Shown here in pieces: positions 25,700 to 38,946 of a stretch of DNA of 64,000 nucleotides. Under the pieces are notes generated by a model. The model was not told the origin of the DNA, searched no databases, and saw nothing but the letters and a program-made list of their open reading frames with translations. Position numbers and translations under genes: made by a program. Each line of letters begins with the position of its first letter. Positions within the stretch are counted from its first letter, which is position 1. This DNA comes from Prorocentrum cordatum (Eukaryota): contig CAUYUJ010000252.1 in NCBI GenBank assembly GCA_963575745.1, positions 1 through 64,000 of the forward strand, written 5' to 3'.

Positions 25700-26560
25700 T
25701 GAGCGCGGGCACACATGAGCTCTCAATGGGTGGTCAGGTGGTGCCTCCATACTTCGTGTCCTGCGGTGAGCCACGCCATCGCCGACCGAGCTGTGCCTCC
25801 GTTCTCCTGGCAGCCGCGCGGGCGTGTCGGCAGAGCTCTTCTGGCCGGAGCGTCCACGGCCGCCCCCGCTTGTTTTGGCTGGGGCACCGCGAGGCGTGCG
25901 GCATCATCGGCTCGCCTTCGGGCTGGCACGCCGCGACGAGGGCGGTCCCGCCCGCCAGCTCCGTCAGCGTGAGGGTGCCTTCCAGCGTCCTGCGCCCCCG
26001 CACAGCACTGCCTGCCAGAGTCAGCGCTGCAGCCGACGCGGCCGTGGATGTCGTAGCAATGATTCGTCGGTTTCTAGAAGCGGCCTTGCCTTCGGCGCAC
26101 CCTCGCCTTCGGCGCACCCTCGCCTTTGGCGGAAGGCGGACGAAGACGGCCGAAATAAAGCGGCGGCGGTTCCGCTTGTGGAAGCCAGCGGGAGCTAAAG
26201 CGAAGCGCCAATTTTTTGGGATGCCTTGGACTTCGGGAGTCGTCCATGCAGGAGTGGAATGGCACCCGCTCGCGCAGCCCACTTGAGAGGGAAGTTGCCC
26301 TCACCGACAGGTCGTAGCGTCCGTAAAGGCGCGCTGGACCAGATGGCTGGAACACGTTGGGTGGACACGCGTGTGCGACAGCTCCGTAAGGGCTCTGCCC
26401 CGAGGCAGGACTGTCTCGAACATCTGGGCGGACAGCGGGTGGATTCAGATTACCGCGCTGGCACGTTGGCGGCACATCTCAGCAGCGTCCAGGGGCGCTG
26501 CTCGTCCAGCTGTCATGGCCGACCTCTTTGATAAGCTGGGCGCTGCTTTGCAGGTGTCAT
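25700..26560 (+). pseudogene. Possible highly degenerate tyrosine-recombinase (DIRS-like) relic
   Basis: Pieces in shifting frames (VVAMIRRFLEAA, GGHAC, EHLGGQRVD, IQITALARW) follow the order of tyrosine-recombinase C-terminal motifs. Confidence 0.3.
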
Positions 26561-27393
26561 GCTGCTGCGGCATCGCAGAAGATAGGGGAGCACAGGGGGG
26601 TAGTTGTATGATTCAGAGGAAGGCGAGGATGAGCAGAGCGAGAAGGAGGAGGAGGCGGAGGCGGAGGAGGAGGTGGATGAGGAGGAGGAAGGAGGAGGAG
26701 GAGGGAGGTTGAGAAGGAGGAGGCGGAAGAGGAGGAGTAGGAAGAGGAGAAGGACGAGGAGGAGGAGGAGTAGGAGGAGGAGGAAGAGGAGGAGGAGGAG
26801 GAGGTGGAGAAGGAGGAGGAGGAGGAGGAAGAGGAAGAGAAGGAGGATGAGGAGCAAGAGGATGAGGATGAGGAGGAGGTGGAGAAGGAGGAGGAAGAGG
26901 AGGAGGAGGAGAAGGAGGAGGAGGAGGAGGGGGAGGAGCAAGACGAGGAGGAGGATGAGCAAGAGGTGTAGAGAGGGGATAAGCAAAGTGATGAGGATGA
27001 GGACGGGCGGGAGTCGAGCTCCTAGATCTCTGGTGTTCTGATTCGACTTTCGATGGGAATCCAGCCTTGGCAAGGAGAAGCCCCCCGGGAGGTCCAAGAA
27101 GGGCCAGGAACTTCCTCGATGCTCGACCCTCGGCCTTCTTCCTCCTCCTCCTCCTCCTCCTCCTCTTCCTCCTCCACCTTCTGCTCCTCGAGATCGGCTC
27201 GAATGCGATGCGGTCTGCGGCGCCATGACGTCCGATGGGCCGGGGCCCATGGAGGGCCCGCTGGATCCGCCGGCCGATGCACCGCAAAGGCGCGCCCCGC
27301 TGCTGCTTCTTCCAGGAGCAGGCAGGAGGCGGCATGCCTCGGGGACATGGAGGAGGGATGGGCGGGGGAGTGGAGAAGAAGTGTGGAAGAGGA

Positions 27394-27425
<32 letters not shown>

Positions 27426-28532
27426 GAGGAGGAGGGAGGAGGAGGAGGAGGAGGAGGAGGGGGGAGGAGAGAGGAGGAGAGGAGGAGGACGAGGAGGAGA
27501 GGAGGAGGAGGAGGAGGAGGAGGAGGAGGGGGAGGAGGAGGAGGAGAAGGAGGAGGAGGAGGAGGAGGAGGGCAAGGAGGAGGAGGAGGAGGAAAGCATT
27601 ATCGACCCACGAATCTGGAAAGGAATGTGCAGAGATGCGGAGCATGCCACTGGGGGACGGGCCATTGCAATGCCGAAGGTGTCGATCGTGATGTACCGTG
27701 ACAGGGGCTGTGTTGTGCCGTGCGGTGCTGAGTTGAGATGTGTCATGCCGCGGTGAATTGCGTTGTGCTCGACAGTACAGCGTTCTGGATCAGGTCGTCA
27801 TTCGCATCCGAGCCCCGACCGAACTGATCTGGATATTACGCTCGAGCTGCCTGATCGCATGGCTCGCCCAGAGCTGAGTGCAACTGAGGCGTGCGGGGGG
27901 CTCCACAAGTTCGGGCTCAAGATCCGATTCGGCTCTGAAGCGGGGCCAATCCTGACCGAGGCGAAAAGGCACCGGCAGTGGACGGGCCGAGACGTGGCGA
28001 GCCGAGACGCAAACGAACTGAGGCAGGACGAACCGATGCAGTACGAGCCGAGACGAGGGCCGAACCGACTACGTAACCGAATTGGGGCAAAACGAGCCGA
28101 GACTGGAACGAGACGAATCCATGTTGGCTCACCCTCCTGAAGCCATGGCATCTCCTGCCGAGGGAGCCGAACTCCGAGGGCCAAGAACCCCTGCATGTGT
28201 GCCCCCCCAGGGCGGCGATCCTGGCGCAAATTGCGAACGATCCGTGTTTTGCTGCCCTCTGCTGCGTCATGCCGTGTTGGCGTGTTCCGCGTTCCATCGA
28301 GCTGTGGAGCAAGTCGTCCTTGGTGCCCTAACACTGACCGGCCTAAGCTGGATCTTAAGCTCAAGCTGCTCGAACGTATAGCTCGCCCAGAGCTGATTGC
28401 AATCGAAACGTTCGAGGCGCGCAACCGGCGATGACGATGACGATGATGATGACGATGCTTGATGAATTCTGAGCGCACTCTGCACTCATGACTATGGTAT
28501 CGGGCTCGCCCAGCTCGTCATCGTCATTGCCG

Positions 28533-28564
<32 letters not shown>

Positions 28565-28727
28565 ATGATGATGATGCTGATGATGATAAATGACGATGAC
28601 GATGCTGATGATGATGATCATCATCAGTACCATCATCATCAGTATCATCATCATCATCATCATGACGATCATAGTTATCATGATCATAATCGTGACCCGT
28701 CATCATCATCAGCAGCATCATCGTCAC

Positions 28728-28776
<49 letters not shown>

Positions 28777-28823
28777 GTCAGCATCAGCATCAGCATCAGC
28801 ATCAGCATCAGCATCAGCATCAG

Positions 28824-28854
<31 letters not shown>

Positions 28855-29043
28855 GTCATCGTCATCGTCATCGTCATGATCCTCGCTTTTTCGGTACGTC
28901 CTTCGCCGATATCGCCAGCCCTTCTTGCAGAAAAAAGGGCCTCGGCTTGGGCGTCCAAGACCCTTGCATCCTCACGGTGGAAGCGCTGGTCAGAGAATGC
29001 GCCCAGGAGGTTTCCGACCTTGGAGGATTCCTTATCTGATGAA

Positions 29044-29230
29044 CGGCGGCGAGAGAGGGGGGGGAAGTGAGCATGAGAAGGCCTTCTCAGAAGGCGGCGG
29101 GTCTTATCATAAGCCCTCGCGCCTTCCGAGGGGTCGTCTGAGTCTTCGGGGGAGGCTCAGAAAACTCGAAAGCTGTCCAGCAGGCCGGAGGACCTCCGAG
29201 CCTTCCCAGAGGGCCTTGCCTCATCAGGGC
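29044..29230 (+). repeat. Dispersed repeat; other copies at ~32741-32900 (+) and ~49330-49430 (-)
   Basis: Shared cggcggcgag...gagaaggccttctc(a/g)gaaggcggcggg...aagccctcgcg. Confidence 0.8.
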
Positions 29231-30899
29231 GGCGGTGATCTCCGCGGCCACTCCACGTCTGGAGCTCCAGCGGCTTCTAGACCCTGGAGCCCCTGCACGC
29301 AGAGGAGGGAGGAGGGAGGAGTGAGGAGGGAGGAGGGAGGAGGGAGGAGGGAGGACTGGCTCCTCATCCGATGCCCTCTCCGTGCCGCGCGTCCCTGGGG
29401 CCTGGCCGCGCCGCACAGGGCGTGAGGGGCACCCCCCGTCGACGAGCGCGCCGCGCGTGGCCTCCCCCCAGGAGGAGGAGGAGGAGGAGGCGGAGGAGGA
29501 GGAGGAGGAGGAGGCGGAGGAGGCGGAGGAGGCGGAGGAGGAGGAGGCGGAGGAGAAGGAGGAGGAGGAGGAGGAGGAGCAGGAAGAGGAGGAGGAGGAG
29601 GAGGAGGAGGAGGCGGAGGAGGAGGAGGAGGCGGAGGAGGAGGAGGAGGAGGAGGAGGAGGAGGAGGAGGAGGAGGAGGAGCGGATCCTGCCCCCCCCGG
29701 AGGCGGAGGAGGCAGCGTGCCTCTCGTGCCGCTGGCGGGCCCGAGGCCATCTGGGCCGCCTGGGTTGGGCGTCGCTCCCCTCGGCGCCGCGCGTCGCTCC
29801 TCCTGCTCCTCCCTCCTCCCTCCTTCCTCCTCCTCCTCATCCTTCCTCCTGCGCCTCCTCCTCCACCTCCTCCTCCCCCTCCTCTCCTCCCCTTCTCCTC
29901 TTCTCTACTCGTCTTTCCTCTCCTTCCTATCTCCTCTTCTCCTTTTCCTCCTCCTCCTCCTCCTCCTTCCAGTCCTCTCTCTTCTCCTCTCCTCTCTTCT
30001 CCTTCCCTAGCCTCTCCTCCTCCTCCTCCTTCTCCTCCTCCTCGACTCCCCCTCCAAGCGTCCTGGTGCTGGCGGGCGTTCGGGTGCGATCTGTTGTTGC
30101 CTGCGGGGCCCTTCTGGCTCGAGCCGAGCAGGGAGGAGGAAGAGAAAGATGGTGAGCGGGAATGGTGCGTCCACGAGGTTGCATTCGCTGGCACGCTTTA
30201 GTGCCCACCCCTGTGCTCGGAGTCATGCTGTCGGGGATAGCCGCGAGAGACGAGCGATACCCAGAAGGAACAACCAATGGGAAAGCGATCGGACACGGCT
30301 GGGGGAAGGCAATCTCGCACGGGCGGGGCAAACCATTCATTTCCCCCTTCAACACGTCGGGGGCTAGGGTATCTGCACCAGCCCGAGATGTGCACTGCTC
30401 GGTTCTTCTTCGAGCTCCTCGTCCCCCCATTGTCTCCTTACCAATTCTCCGTCCTCTGTGCTTATGAGGAAAGATGTTCCGATCCAGTTTTTGTTATTCT
30501 TCTTTGGAGGGTCTATCTCTCTCTCTCTCTCTCTTTCTCTTTCTCTCTCTCTCTCTTTCTCTTTCTCTTTCTCTTTATCCCTCTCTCTCCCCTCCCTGCG
30601 TCCCTCCCTGCTACTCTTTCTCTCCTTATCTCTCTCTCTCTCTCTCTATCGCTATCTTCATTTATCTTGCAGGTTCTCGTCTTATGTGTCTTATAAGTCT
30701 TGCTTACAAGTCGTTGCATAGCTCTTTCTTTCTTTAGTTTTCTCTCTCTCTCTCTCTCTCCTTCTCTCTCTCTCCCTCTCTCTCTCTCTCCCTCTTCTTT
30801 CCTTTCTCTCCAATTCGAGTTATCTATCGGAGTCCTGGCTCTATGCGTAGAGAACTGGTCCATTGCTACACTCTAGTTTGCCCCTGCCCGCGTCCTATG

Positions 30900-31150
30900 T
30901 TGCCCATGGCTTCCTCTGTTGTGCATGGTTTCCTCTGCTATTCGCATGGCTTTCTTTGTTGCCCCTAGACGCGTCCTCTGATGCACATGGCCTCCTCTGC
31001 TAGCTTTCTCTGGTGCGCATGTCTTCCTTTGTTGCGCATTGTTATTCGCATGAGTTCCTCGGCATCCGCATGGCCTACTCTGCTATCCGCATGGCTTCCT
31101 CTGCATCTGCATGGCTTCCTTTGCTATTCCAATGGCTTCCTGTGGCTATT
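30900..31150. repeat. ~20-nt minisatellite (GCATGGCTTCCTCTGCTATTC-like)
   Basis: Several diverged units visible. Confidence 0.75.
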
Positions 31151-31214
31151 TCATTGGCGTCCCAACAATCGCCCAACCATCCTCGAATCCAGACGTACAG
31201 TGGGACATGACGGA

Positions 31215-31740
31215 GCAGCGTAGAGTAGAGTAGGGACGAGTCTATGAGTCGAGTAGATCTCAACACCTTACAGTCTGTTCGAGTAGAGTAGAGCACGGTA
31301 GTGTAGAGTAGAGTAGAGTCGAGTAGAGCAGGAGTAGACCAGTATGCGCAGAGTAGGGCCAGGTAGGGTAGTGCAGGGTAGATGTAGGTAGCCTCTAGCA
31401 GCCTAGTGTAGCGAAAGGCATTGGAGTAGGGTAGATAGTGTAGCAGAGTCGCACGCAGTCAGAGCAGCGTATATCAGGACAGAGTAGATCATAGTAGAGT
31501 CGAGTATATACGAGCACAGCCGATTCGAGTAGACCATGGGCGAGTCTATTCTATTGTCGTAGGATAACCGTTGAGTAGAGTAGGGTATTAATTCAGTAGA
31601 TTCGCAGTCGGGTAGAGCAGCGTAGAGTAGATTCTCGTAATTCGGGTGGAGGAGGGTCTGTCAGGGTAGGGCCGGGTAGAGTCGAGCAGTGCAGGGCACG
31701 GCGGGGCAGAGTAGGGCAGATGCTAGAGCATGGTCGAGTA
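31215..31740. repeat. Degenerate (TAGAG)n satellite, resuming at 36556-36830
   Basis: The same pentamer tract lies on both sides of the 31745-36555 element. Confidence 0.85.
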
Positions 31741-33195
31741 TCATCGATTCCCCGCGGGCATGCAACAGTTCAGGCCCGCTGCCCGTGGCCACGGCGCCAG
31801 CCGGCCTGCCTCGCGCCAGCCCCTGGCCCGTGCCCCGGGCGCGCGGTGGGCGAGCGCCAGCCGAGCGCCGAGTGCGACGAGAGCTGGCTCGCGCTGAGAG
31901 CTCCTCCTCCGCCGCTGGGCCGACCTCGCGGGCAGCGCCGTCGGGGCTGCCTCGGGGAGCGGGCAGCCTGGCGGCGCCCCTCCGCCCAGACTCGGGAGCC
32001 TTCGGCGCCCTCGGGTGAGAGGCGGTGCTTACTGAACGCTGCCATGGGCGACGCCACTTGCCTCGGGTGCGGCGGCGTCGGGCCTGTTGCCGAGGCTGGA
32101 GTAAGTGAGGCCGCCACCCCTGCCGTCCTCGTCATAGCTGCGGAGGCCGCTGTTGCAGCTGCCTCCCCGCTGGTGCCTCCTCCACCGTCACGGAGCCGAT
32201 GCCGATGGCAGCCTGCCCCGTCTCTGCACCGCCCATGTGGTACTCCTTCTGGGCTGGGCTGTCAGGATCAGAAGAGGAGCAGGAGCAGCAGGATGAGGAG
32301 CAGGAGCAGGAGGAGCACGAGGAGGAGGAGGAGGAGGAGGAGAAGGAGGATGAGGAGGAGGAGGAGGAGCAGGAGGAGGAGGAGGAGGAGGAGGAGGAGG
32401 AGGAGGAGAACGAGGACGAGGACGAGGACGAGGACGAGAACGAGGAGGACAAGGAGGACAAGGAGCGCCTGTGGAGTGGTATGTAGGCCAGGCGGAGCTC
32501 GTACCTCTGGAACCCTTCCGCCACCCCCAGCGGGATGCCGTGCCTGCTGAGCGCGCCCGTGGGCGACCGCCCCTCACTCGGGGCATAGGCGAGCCTGTCC
32601 TGGCTGGGTGCGAGAGCCGATGCCGACGCCGCGGGTGCCTTCTGGCATGCCGACCTCGCCAGTGGCTGCGGCGGCCGCCGCCGCCGCAGCATGCTGCCAC
32701 TGCCGCGCTTGGCCTGGCCCTGGAATCGGTGCCCCCCTTTTCGGCGGCGAGCGAGGGGGGGAAGTGAGGAGGAGAAGGCCTTCTCGGAAGGCGGCGGGAC
32801 TCCTCAGAAGCCCTGGCGCACTCAGAGAAGTCTTTGTTGGTCTTTCGGAAGGCTCCGAAGACTTCTCAGACGGCCCGGGGACTCCCGATCCCTCTGATGA
32901 GGCCCTCTCCTTCTCACTCCTCCCCCTCGCCCGCCGACCTTGTGCCCCGCCCCCCGGGGCTGCGGAGCGACTCGGGGCCGGGCTCCTCCAGCCTGGTGCC
33001 CGCGGTGTGGCCGAGGTGCGCGCCAGCGCCGACCCCGCGGCCAAGGGGGCGGGGGGCCGCCGAGGGGTGCCGGCCAGCGGCGAGGCAGCGGCCACGGCGC
33101 GAGGGCGCGGGCCTCCGAGCCGCGCGGTGCTGCTCGGGCTGCTGCCGACGCTGCCCTTCGCGGTCCTCCTCGCAGAGGCCCGTGGTGGCTGCTGC

Positions 33196-33390
33196 GAGCA
33201 GTACTCATGTCCACATCCACTGCAGTATGGAGTTCCGGGCTCCCTTCCCCAGAAGCCCAAGCGCGCACTGGATATGGATAAATTTGCCCCCGAGAGGCTC
33301 GATTCTTATCCATGTCCAGTACGCCTCGGCCTTGTGGCGCCCCTTCCCAAAAAAATCGAAGGCACACTGGATATGGACACAACTCTTGCC
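33196..33390. mobile_element. MITE-like foldback inserted in the LINE
   Basis: TGTCCACATCCA / TGGATATGGACA inverted ends, with internal copies of the same motif. Confidence 0.65.
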
Positions 33391-36300
33391 CGCAGCTGCG
33401 GTGAGTGCTGTGCGCCTGCGCTCGCCCTTGTCCCACGCCATCCGGCGCAGGCCTGCGGCCGGCCGCCGGAGGAGCGGCGGGTGCTCGTCGCCGTCCCCCT
33501 CCCTGGAAGACGCGGTCGAGGGACGGCAGCTGCAGCCTGGCGCGGGCGTGGGAGGTGCGCCACTGCTCCCAGCGCTGCTGCGCGCTCACGCACTCTTCGT
33601 CGTAGAGGAAGTGCGGGACCCAGTTGGCGGCGAGCCTCCGTGTAGCCTCCTGCAGGAGTGCGCAGCCGTCGCACTCGTGCTCCTCCCCGACGGCGTGGCC
33701 GCTGTGGGGGTGATGCGTCCTCCCCTTTGCCCGCGGCTCCGCGTTGAGGCCGACGCCGTTGTCGAGGCATGGCGCTGCTAGCGGTGGAGCCCCCGCCATG
33801 GTGTCTGGGAGGTCCCGTCGATCAGCCTTTCCGTATAGGCCGTAGAGGCTCAGGAAGGCGCGCTGGAGCGCGAGCCTCCCAGCCCTGCTCCTGCGCCGTG
33901 CGTTAGCGCAGACCTCCGGCGTCGTAGCCTGCCGCGTCGCCTCCTGGGACCAGCCGCGGTCTGCCGCATGTCTCTCGACGATAGTCGGCCGAAGCTGGGG
34001 TGCTGCATGCAGTTGAAGACGTGCGTCTCGCACCTGTCTAGCTGGTCCCTCGTGGCCGCGCCCTCGTTGTGCATCAACGCAGTGGGGTAGCACCACGCTG
34101 CGGCCAGCCTCGGTAGCGTTCGCCTCATGGTTGCATCTTCATGGCGTCCATCTTGTCGGATGCGAGGCTCTTCCTTGTCGATCGGGTCCACTGGCAAGGT
34201 TCCCCCCGTGGCCTCGCTCTGGAGGCCTGGTTCCTGAGGCTCCTTGGCCTGCTGCCCTTCGCTGGCGGGCCCCCGGCGAGTGCGCTTCGCAGGCGTCGTG
34301 GCGCATGGCGCCCATGCTCCCCTGGGTGGTGAAGAGGTTCGGCTGCGACCGGGCTCCGCGGCCTTGGGGCCCCTCAATTCCTCGCGCTCCACCTGGGGGA
34401 AGCACTTCTGGTCGCACCTGCTGCCCTTGAGCACCTGCTCTCAGCTGACGAGGGCCCCATGGCGGCGGCACCAGCGGTCGGGACCGCCTTGCTCCACAGG
34501 ACGGTGCGAGGGCAGCTCGCTCCTGGCCGGGTGGGGCACGCTCAGCGGCTCGATGGCCTGGCGCCGAGCCGCGAAGGCAATTCAGATGCCTGACAGCTCC
34601 TCTGGCCCAGGCCTCGTCCCTCAGTGCCTCCATGACGGCCTGCTCCTGCTGCGTGTCTGCGAGCGTAGCTACAGCAGGGGCGGCGACTGAGGCGCCGCCA
34701 GGGGGGGCCATCGCCTGTAGTTGCCCAGGAAGCCCGCGCGGGCCCTCGAAGTCTCATGCTTTGGTGGCAACTCACGGGAGCCTCCCATACCAACTTGTCG
34801 GCTCTCGCGAATCGACGCTACATCGACGCTAGTCGACGGGGTACTTGTGCAGACGGCTTCGCAGGTGTCCCATGCCCGCATTCACATTGACTCGTGGAGC
34901 GACACTGGACGTGGTGGTGCCCGTGAGCAGCAGGATGAAGTGCGGCCTCTCCAAGAGCGTTGCCATGAACGGGACGGACCAGTCGATCCAGTCGTTGATT
35001 TCGTGCCAGGCTTTGCCTTCTGTCATTACAAAGAACTACTGCACGGCTTGGCCCTCAGGATGTCCAGCGACTCGCCGTGCATGTTGAGCCTGGGACGAGG
35101 GTGGCCTTGCGGGGGGGCTTTCCCATGCACCTCCGATCTGGCGGTCTTGGTCCATGCACCTCCACGTGCTTGTCGGTGCCCGACTCACCCCGCAGGTCCC
35201 ATTGCCTGCGTGCCTTCTGATCCTCGCGCTCAGCCTTCGGCAGGCATTTCTGGTCGCGCTCGCTGGCCCTAGGCACCTCCTCCTACTTGCCGATCAAGCC
35301 ACTACGGCACTGCCAGTTCTGGGTCCTTGGTCCACGAGGTCCAACGAGCTCTGCTTCAGGGGACAGCTGGCCATGCTCCTGGATATGGGATGCCGAGGGC
35401 TGCCCTAGACCTGGAAACCATCCGGAGAACTTGACAGCGTACATGCCCGCTTCCTGGTAAGATCCTGGCTTCTTGTCCCTGGCTTGCTTCACAAAGTCCA
35501 GTCGACGTCCAGTCGACGTCGCCGGGCAGGGGGTCGGCGGTGGCGTTGACCTCGTGGCGTCCGTTGCCTCTGGACCCTCTGCATCTAGGCTGCCGCTGCC
35601 AGGATGACCGCGAGGCACTCCTTCCTGTCCTCTGGTGCTCCTTATGGTGGCACTGCTGCAGTGACGTCTTCCAGAAGGTCTGGGTCGTCCAAAAAGTGGC
35701 TCTTGCTTAGGTGCTGTAGCGCCTCCGCCGCCGTCGCCTGGGCGGTGAGCATGCGCGCCATCATCGCCAGTCTCACCGCCGCCGGCCCCGTCGGCAGGCC
35801 CCTCCATGGCCGCGTCGGTTTCCTCCTGGCCTTCGTCGACTGCCTTCTGGCGCGGAGCGCCTCGTGGGCCGCGTCTACCTTGACACTGCTCTGCATGCAG
35901 TGCTGGGGCTTGCTGGACTCGGCTGCCGGCTTGAGCCCTTCAAGACCTGCTCCTCCAGGCGCCGACCCGTGGACATTCTTGATTTCGGTCTCCGCCTCGG
36001 CGAGCTGGCCATTGAGCTCTTTGAGATGCCGCTTCTCGCGCACGATTTGCTCCGCGATCTGGGGCTGCTGTTTCTCCAGGCCGTCGAGCATGCGGACGTG
36101 CTTATCACTCTGCTGCTGCTCGAGCTTGCGCCTCGCTGCCAGGAGCGATCTCAGTGTCGAGACCGTTTGTTTTTCTCGTACTCGGCGGCCAGCTTCCCGA
36201 GCGTGACAGCGATGCCATTGCCTGCTTCGCCTATTCCGGCCTCGGCCGTGAGCTCGATGGAGGGGCCTGCTGCTCAAAGCGCCTGCGCTGCCAGGGCGTG

Positions 36301-36533
36301 CGGTTTGTAGCTGCCGTAGCTGACGGTGCTTACGCGCCCCTTGGTGAAGGTGATGGAGCCGCAGCGGCACGGCCAGTGCGGCGTCCGCGGTCCTCGTAGC
36401 ACGCCGTACTCTGCTTCTGGCGGTGGTCCCATGATTCTGGGTGTGGAGTGCCAGGGCAAGCCCTCGATGTGGAACAGTGGAGAACTGGCCGCGGACCAGC
36501 GGCATTTGTCGAAACACCCGGACGAGTGAGCAC

Positions 36534-36555
36534 CTTGAGCCAACATGGCCACGGT
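36534..36555 (-). other. DinoSL spliced-leader relic (ACCGTGGCCATGTTGGCTCAAG)
   Basis: Reverse complement of cttgagccaacatggccacggt; 20/22 identical to DinoSL. Confidence 0.85.
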
Positions 36556-37859
36556 GGGTAGAACAGAGTAGAGCAGAGTCGAGTCGAGTAGAGCAGATGA
36601 CAGTACATGAGAGCAAAGTAAGAGTAGAGTAATACTAGAGAAGACAAGGGTAGAGCCGAGCAAGAATAGGAGTAGAGTCGAGTAGCGTAGGTCCTGTACG
36701 GTAGGGTAGAGCAGAGTAAGGTAGAGCAGAGCAGAGTAGAGTGGAATAGAGTAGATGGTAGAGTATAGTCGGGTAGAGTACAGTAGAGTAGTGTGGAGTA
36801 AAGTTGTTGACAGTGGAGTAGAGTCTAGTCTTATCCATCAGAGCCCAGTGCAGCCCAGCCTACTCCAGCCCACTCCAGTCCACCTCATATCAGTCTTCTG
36901 ACCTATTTGGCGTCTGCGTTTTTTTGTCAGCTTCTTAATATCACACTCTCTCTCGCTCTCTCGCTCCCACATGTCTCAAGTGCCGCCCGCGCCCGCCCTC
37001 TACAATTGGACGGGCCTGCCCGCGCTGGTGCGCGTGGTGGCGCACGTATTGGCGTTCGCGCGTGCAGGAGGGCCCTCGAGCGCACATTCGCGTGCACGCT
37101 CTGTGGCATGGGTAAGGATGTACACATGGGCTTTCGCTATCATGTGCGCATGCGTGGTCCCCGCGCCGTGAGTGTCCACCTCTCCTTCCCGCCCTCCGCG
37201 GCCGCTTCCTCCCCCCTTCCCCACTCTTGCAGCTGGACAGTAAGGGCTGTTTCGTAGCCCGACGCGCTAGAGCGCGCGAGCGGATTGCCTCTGCCGCGCT
37301 CCGACGTAAAACACGCATGTACAGTCACGTGCCTATGCGCAGGGGCATCATTGTTCAAGCGTGTACATGCTCGCGCGCACGGCTGCCGTCGTTTGTCCGC
37401 ACCTGCGCCTGCATGCGTCTGCGCGCGTATGAGGTTCCACTTCGGGAGTCAGGTTGCGAGTTCTGGCGGCGGCTGGAGCGGCCGCAGTTACAGCCCTGGC
37501 TCTGGGTGCAGCTTCGCGCCCTTGGCTCCCAGTGTCCGCGGGAAGCCCGTTGTCCAAACGATGCTCTAGGACCCAAGAGTGGCCAGGATCACAGTCTGCT
37601 TTTCCCGCCCTCCTCCCCTTAGTCCCCCTGAGGAGAAGAGGTACGACGGAGCACAGGACAGAATTCCGAGTGATTCGCGATCTCGAGATTCACAGATGCC
37701 CAAGGGGAACACGACGCCCCGAGTTTCCTGGGTACCATCTTGTCGCCCCATTGTTCCGAAGGAGGGCACTTAGCGCACCCACAGGAGACTTGCTAATCTT
37801 GCAGCCATCACATGTTTCCTTTCGAGTCAGCTCGCCAAGCTATGCCCAGAAGCTGCCAG

Positions 37860-37973
37860 GCTCTCGAGCGGGTGCGGATGGACCAGATCACCTCTGGTCC
37901 AGTAGACTATGTCGTGAAGTGCACCGAGGGTCTCTTCGCCGGGCGCTTCATCTACGTCAACCGCACCCCTCAG
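37860..37973 (+). CDS. Gene B exon, start of an FHA-like domain (ALERVRMDQITSGPVDYVVKCTEGLFAGRFIYVNRTPQ)
   Basis: CAG|G acceptor, CAG|GC donor, 114 nt; KCTEG..AG..I resembles the first FHA strands. Confidence 0.65.
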
Positions 37974-38039
37974 GCTGCTATGTTTTTCCATGTCGACCCA
38001 AGTGGCGCGAGGCCGGTATACGTGAAACAGCTGCGTTCG

Positions 38040-38632
<593 letters not shown>

Positions 38633-38753
38633 NNNNNNNNNNNNNNNNNNNNNNNNNNNNNNNNNNNNNNNNNNNNNNNNNNNNNNNNNNNNNNNNNNNN
38701 NNNNNNNNNNNNNNNNNNNNNNNNNNNNNNNNGACGCGGGACCCCAAATTCGC

Positions 38754-38946
38754 AGGCCTAGAGGTTGACACCAACACCAATATCGGCGGTGTGCCTCCAC
38801 CGAGGGAAGAGGATCCCGATCTCGGTGATGGTGGTAATATTCTAGCTTTCAAGGCGGCCGAAATATTACCACCACCGAAATCTAGGATCACCTCCCCGCG
38901 GTGGAGGCAACCCCCTGTGTTGGTGTTGGTGCCCATGTCCAGGCCT
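38754..38946. mobile_element. Foldback/MITE with ~85-bp arms and AGGCCT termini
   Basis: caccaacaccaa...cctccaccg...tggtaatatt pairs with aatattacca...cggtggagg...ttggtgttggtg. Confidence 0.8.

Larger units (their letters stand above)
31745..36555 (-). mobile_element. Heavily degenerate LINE (Cys motif + coiled-coil ORF1, APE and RT remnants), SL-headed, apparently 3'-truncated
   Basis: Minus strand, in order: SL relic, WPCRCG, coiled coil (35642-36200), HIQEH, then weak RT-like remnants (GVGLN, ALLQEATRRL...FLY, ALSA...LGW). Confidence 0.55.

Noticed and set aside
28928..29039. Possible exon KKGLG...ECAQEVSDLGGFLI
   Set aside because: It could not be linked in phase to gene A and has no recognisable motif.
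31860..32018. Possible terminal exon of gene A ending in TGA
   Set aside because: It lies inside the satellite-bounded minus-strand element, whose strand has LINE-like remnants here.
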